64,000 nucleotides of DNA from Mobula hypostoma (lineage: Eukaryota): the NCBI RefSeq assembly GCF_963921235.1, contig NC_086101.1, positions 163,928,001 through 163,992,000 of the forward strand, given 5' to 3'. The notes under the pieces are model-generated. The model searched no databases and had not been told where the DNA came from. It saw only the letters and a list, made by a program, of their open reading frames with translations. Positions 61,995 through 64,000 of the stretch are shown one piece after another (the stretch's first letter is position 1; each line of letters opens with the position of its first letter). The position numbers and the translations under genes are program-made.

Positions 61995-63290
61995 AAATAT
62001 AGGAGGGATCCTCAAAACCTGGTTGAATGGTGCCACAACAACAACCTGTCATTCAACTTTAACAAAAGCAAGCAGCTGATTATTGACTACTAGAGTGAAG
62101 AAGGTGCACGTCCATGAGCCAGTCCACATTAGGGGATCAGAGACAGAGAGTGTTAGTAACTTTAAATTTCTTGCTGATTTCATATCAGAGAATCTGTCCA
62201 GGAACCAGCATGCAGGTACCATCACAGAGAAGGCATGACAGCGAGTCCGCATTCATAGAAGTTTGTGCAGGTTCTCACGTCATCTAAAACTTTGAGGAAC
62301 TTCAATAGGTACACAGTGGAGAGTATCCTGACTGGTTGCATAGTCATAGTCATACTTTATTGATCCTGGGGGAAATTGGTTTTCGTTACAGTTGCACCAT
62401 GATAAATAGTAATAAAACCATAAATAGTTAAATAGTAATATGTAAATTATGCCAGTAAATTATGAAATAAGTCCAGGACCAGTCTATTGGCTCAGAGTGT
62501 CTGACCCTCCAAGGGAGGAGTTGTAAAGTTTGATGGCCACAGGCAGGAATGACTTCCTATGACGTATCTCGGTGGAATGAGTCTCTGGCTGAATGTACTC
62601 CTCTGCCCACCCAGTACATTATGTAGTGGATGGGAGACATTGTCCAAGATGGCATGCAACTTAGACAGCATCCTCTTTTCAGACACCACCGTGAGAGAGT
62701 CCAGTTCCATTCCCACACCATCACTGGCCTTACGAATGGCCTTACACTGGCCTTACATCACTGTGTGGTATAGAAATACCAGGGCCCAGGAACAGAAAAG
62801 TGGTGGCTGTAGCCCAGTCCATCACAGCAAGGTCTTCCTCACTATTGATAACATCTACAAGGAGCAATGCAACAAACACAAACACAGCATCCACTATGAA
62901 GGACTCTCACCATCTAGGCCATGCTGTCTTCTCACTGCTGCCATTGGAAAGGAAGTGCAGGAGCCTTTGGTCCCATGCCACTAGATTCAGTAACAATTAT
63001 TACCCTTCAATCATCAGGCTCCTGAAACAGCATGGGTAACTTCACTCATCTGAACTTTAAACTGATTCTACAACCTATGGAATCACTTTCAAGGACTCTA
63101 CAATTCATGATCTCAGTATTATTTATTTACTTTTTTTTATTTGCACAGAACATCTTCTATTGCATATTGGTTGTTTGTCAATCCTTGTATGTAGCTTTTC
63201 ATTGATTCTTTGTATTTCTTTGTTTTACTGTGAATGCCTGCAAGAAAATGAATCTCAATAGTTTACGGTGACATATACATACTTTGATAA
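61995..63290 (+). mobile_element. Rex1/Babar-type 3' part with nested - strand LINE 3' end (62340-62740)
   Basis: NLVEWCHNNNLS.N..K.K.LI.D; VESILTGC|ITVWY split by an insert with (CATAGT)n tail and ILDNVSHPLH motif. Confidence 0.8.
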
Positions 63291-63299
63291 CTCTTATTA

Positions 63300-63585
63300 T
63301 TTAGCGATACAGCGTGAGTCGGCCCTTCCGGCCCTTTGAGCGCTGCCCCCGCGGCCCACAACCCCAATTAACCCTAACCTAATCACTGGACAATGTTACA
63401 ATGAACAGTTAACTTACCCTGTATGTCTTTGGACTGTGGGAGGAAACTGACGGCCCCGGGAAGGAAAACCCAAGCATTCCACAGGGAGGACGTTCCTTAC
63501 CGAACAGTGCTGGAATTGAAATTTGAACTCTGCAACACCCTGAGCTGTAAGAGTGTCGCACTAACCGCTATGCTGCCGTGGCGTC
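63300..63585 (-). mobile_element. V-SINE (HE1-like)
   Basis: GTCTTTGGACTGTGGGAGGAAAC reverse V-domain; tRNA head end CTAACCGCTATGCTGCCGTG. Confidence 0.8.
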
Positions 63586-64000
63586 AATTTACTTTGAATT
63601 TTGAGAAAATAAAATCAGGTTTATGCTGGCTCTTAAGAGAACAGTCCCATTCATACCCCTGTATTTTATTCTTTTCTCCCCTCTCCATCAGAAATCCTTA
63701 GACAATAAACACTATGGTGTAATTTGCAGAAGCCAGTTAACCATCTACCCTGTACAATGGCAACCAGTTCCGTGACCTGGAATTGCAGATCCATAGAAAG
63801 ATCTGTAAAGACCCGTGGAAAGAAAATATTTTTGAAAGTATAAAGGAAAGCTTGCTCCTGAGCCTATGAATCAAGTGAAACAGTATTCCAATAAACAATT
63901 TGTGTCTGTCATGATTCCTCCAGCCGCATACCTCCATTGCCAGTGAACAGAGTGTACCCATTCATCTTTTCTTCAAACTAGTGGCCAAGGCATCTTTCAA

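Noticed and set aside
63360-63385. Telomere-like AACCCTAACC
   Set aside because: Fewer than two units and internal to a V-SINE
1-64000. Remaining short ORFs in the six-frame track
   Set aside because: Antisense shadows of LINE ORFs or chance ORFs with no recognisable domains or splice structure

Overview
This window is not prokaryotic. It is AT-rich, repeat-dense vertebrate DNA, and the repeat mix (abundant CR1 LINEs, Rex1/Babar-type LINEs, V-SINE/HE1-like and Deu-like SINEs, Penelope-like elements) suggests a cartilaginous fish, plausibly a ray; the taxon is an inference. It reads like a large intron or an intergenic region. I found no intact host gene, rRNA, true tRNA or CRISPR array, and almost every recognisable ORF in the track is a transposon fragment. 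The main features are two young CR1 copies in inverted orientation (683-3321 + and 19181-21042 -), a deleted Gypsy element with one LTR and a PBS, a Tigger/pogo element nested in SINEs, Tc1 relics, a young 5'-truncated L1 with a 12-bp TSD, and a deleted Penelope element. The most interesting signal is a family of 100-320 bp Penelope-derived mini-elements carrying minimal hammerhead ribozyme motifs. One motif is fully intact (33502-33539), and three copies sit between 13-16 bp target-site duplications. There are also three local fold-back duplications and one well-formed candidate host exon (27009-27085). Repeat family names come from recalled motifs, not database searches, and the boundaries of degenerate repeats are approximate.
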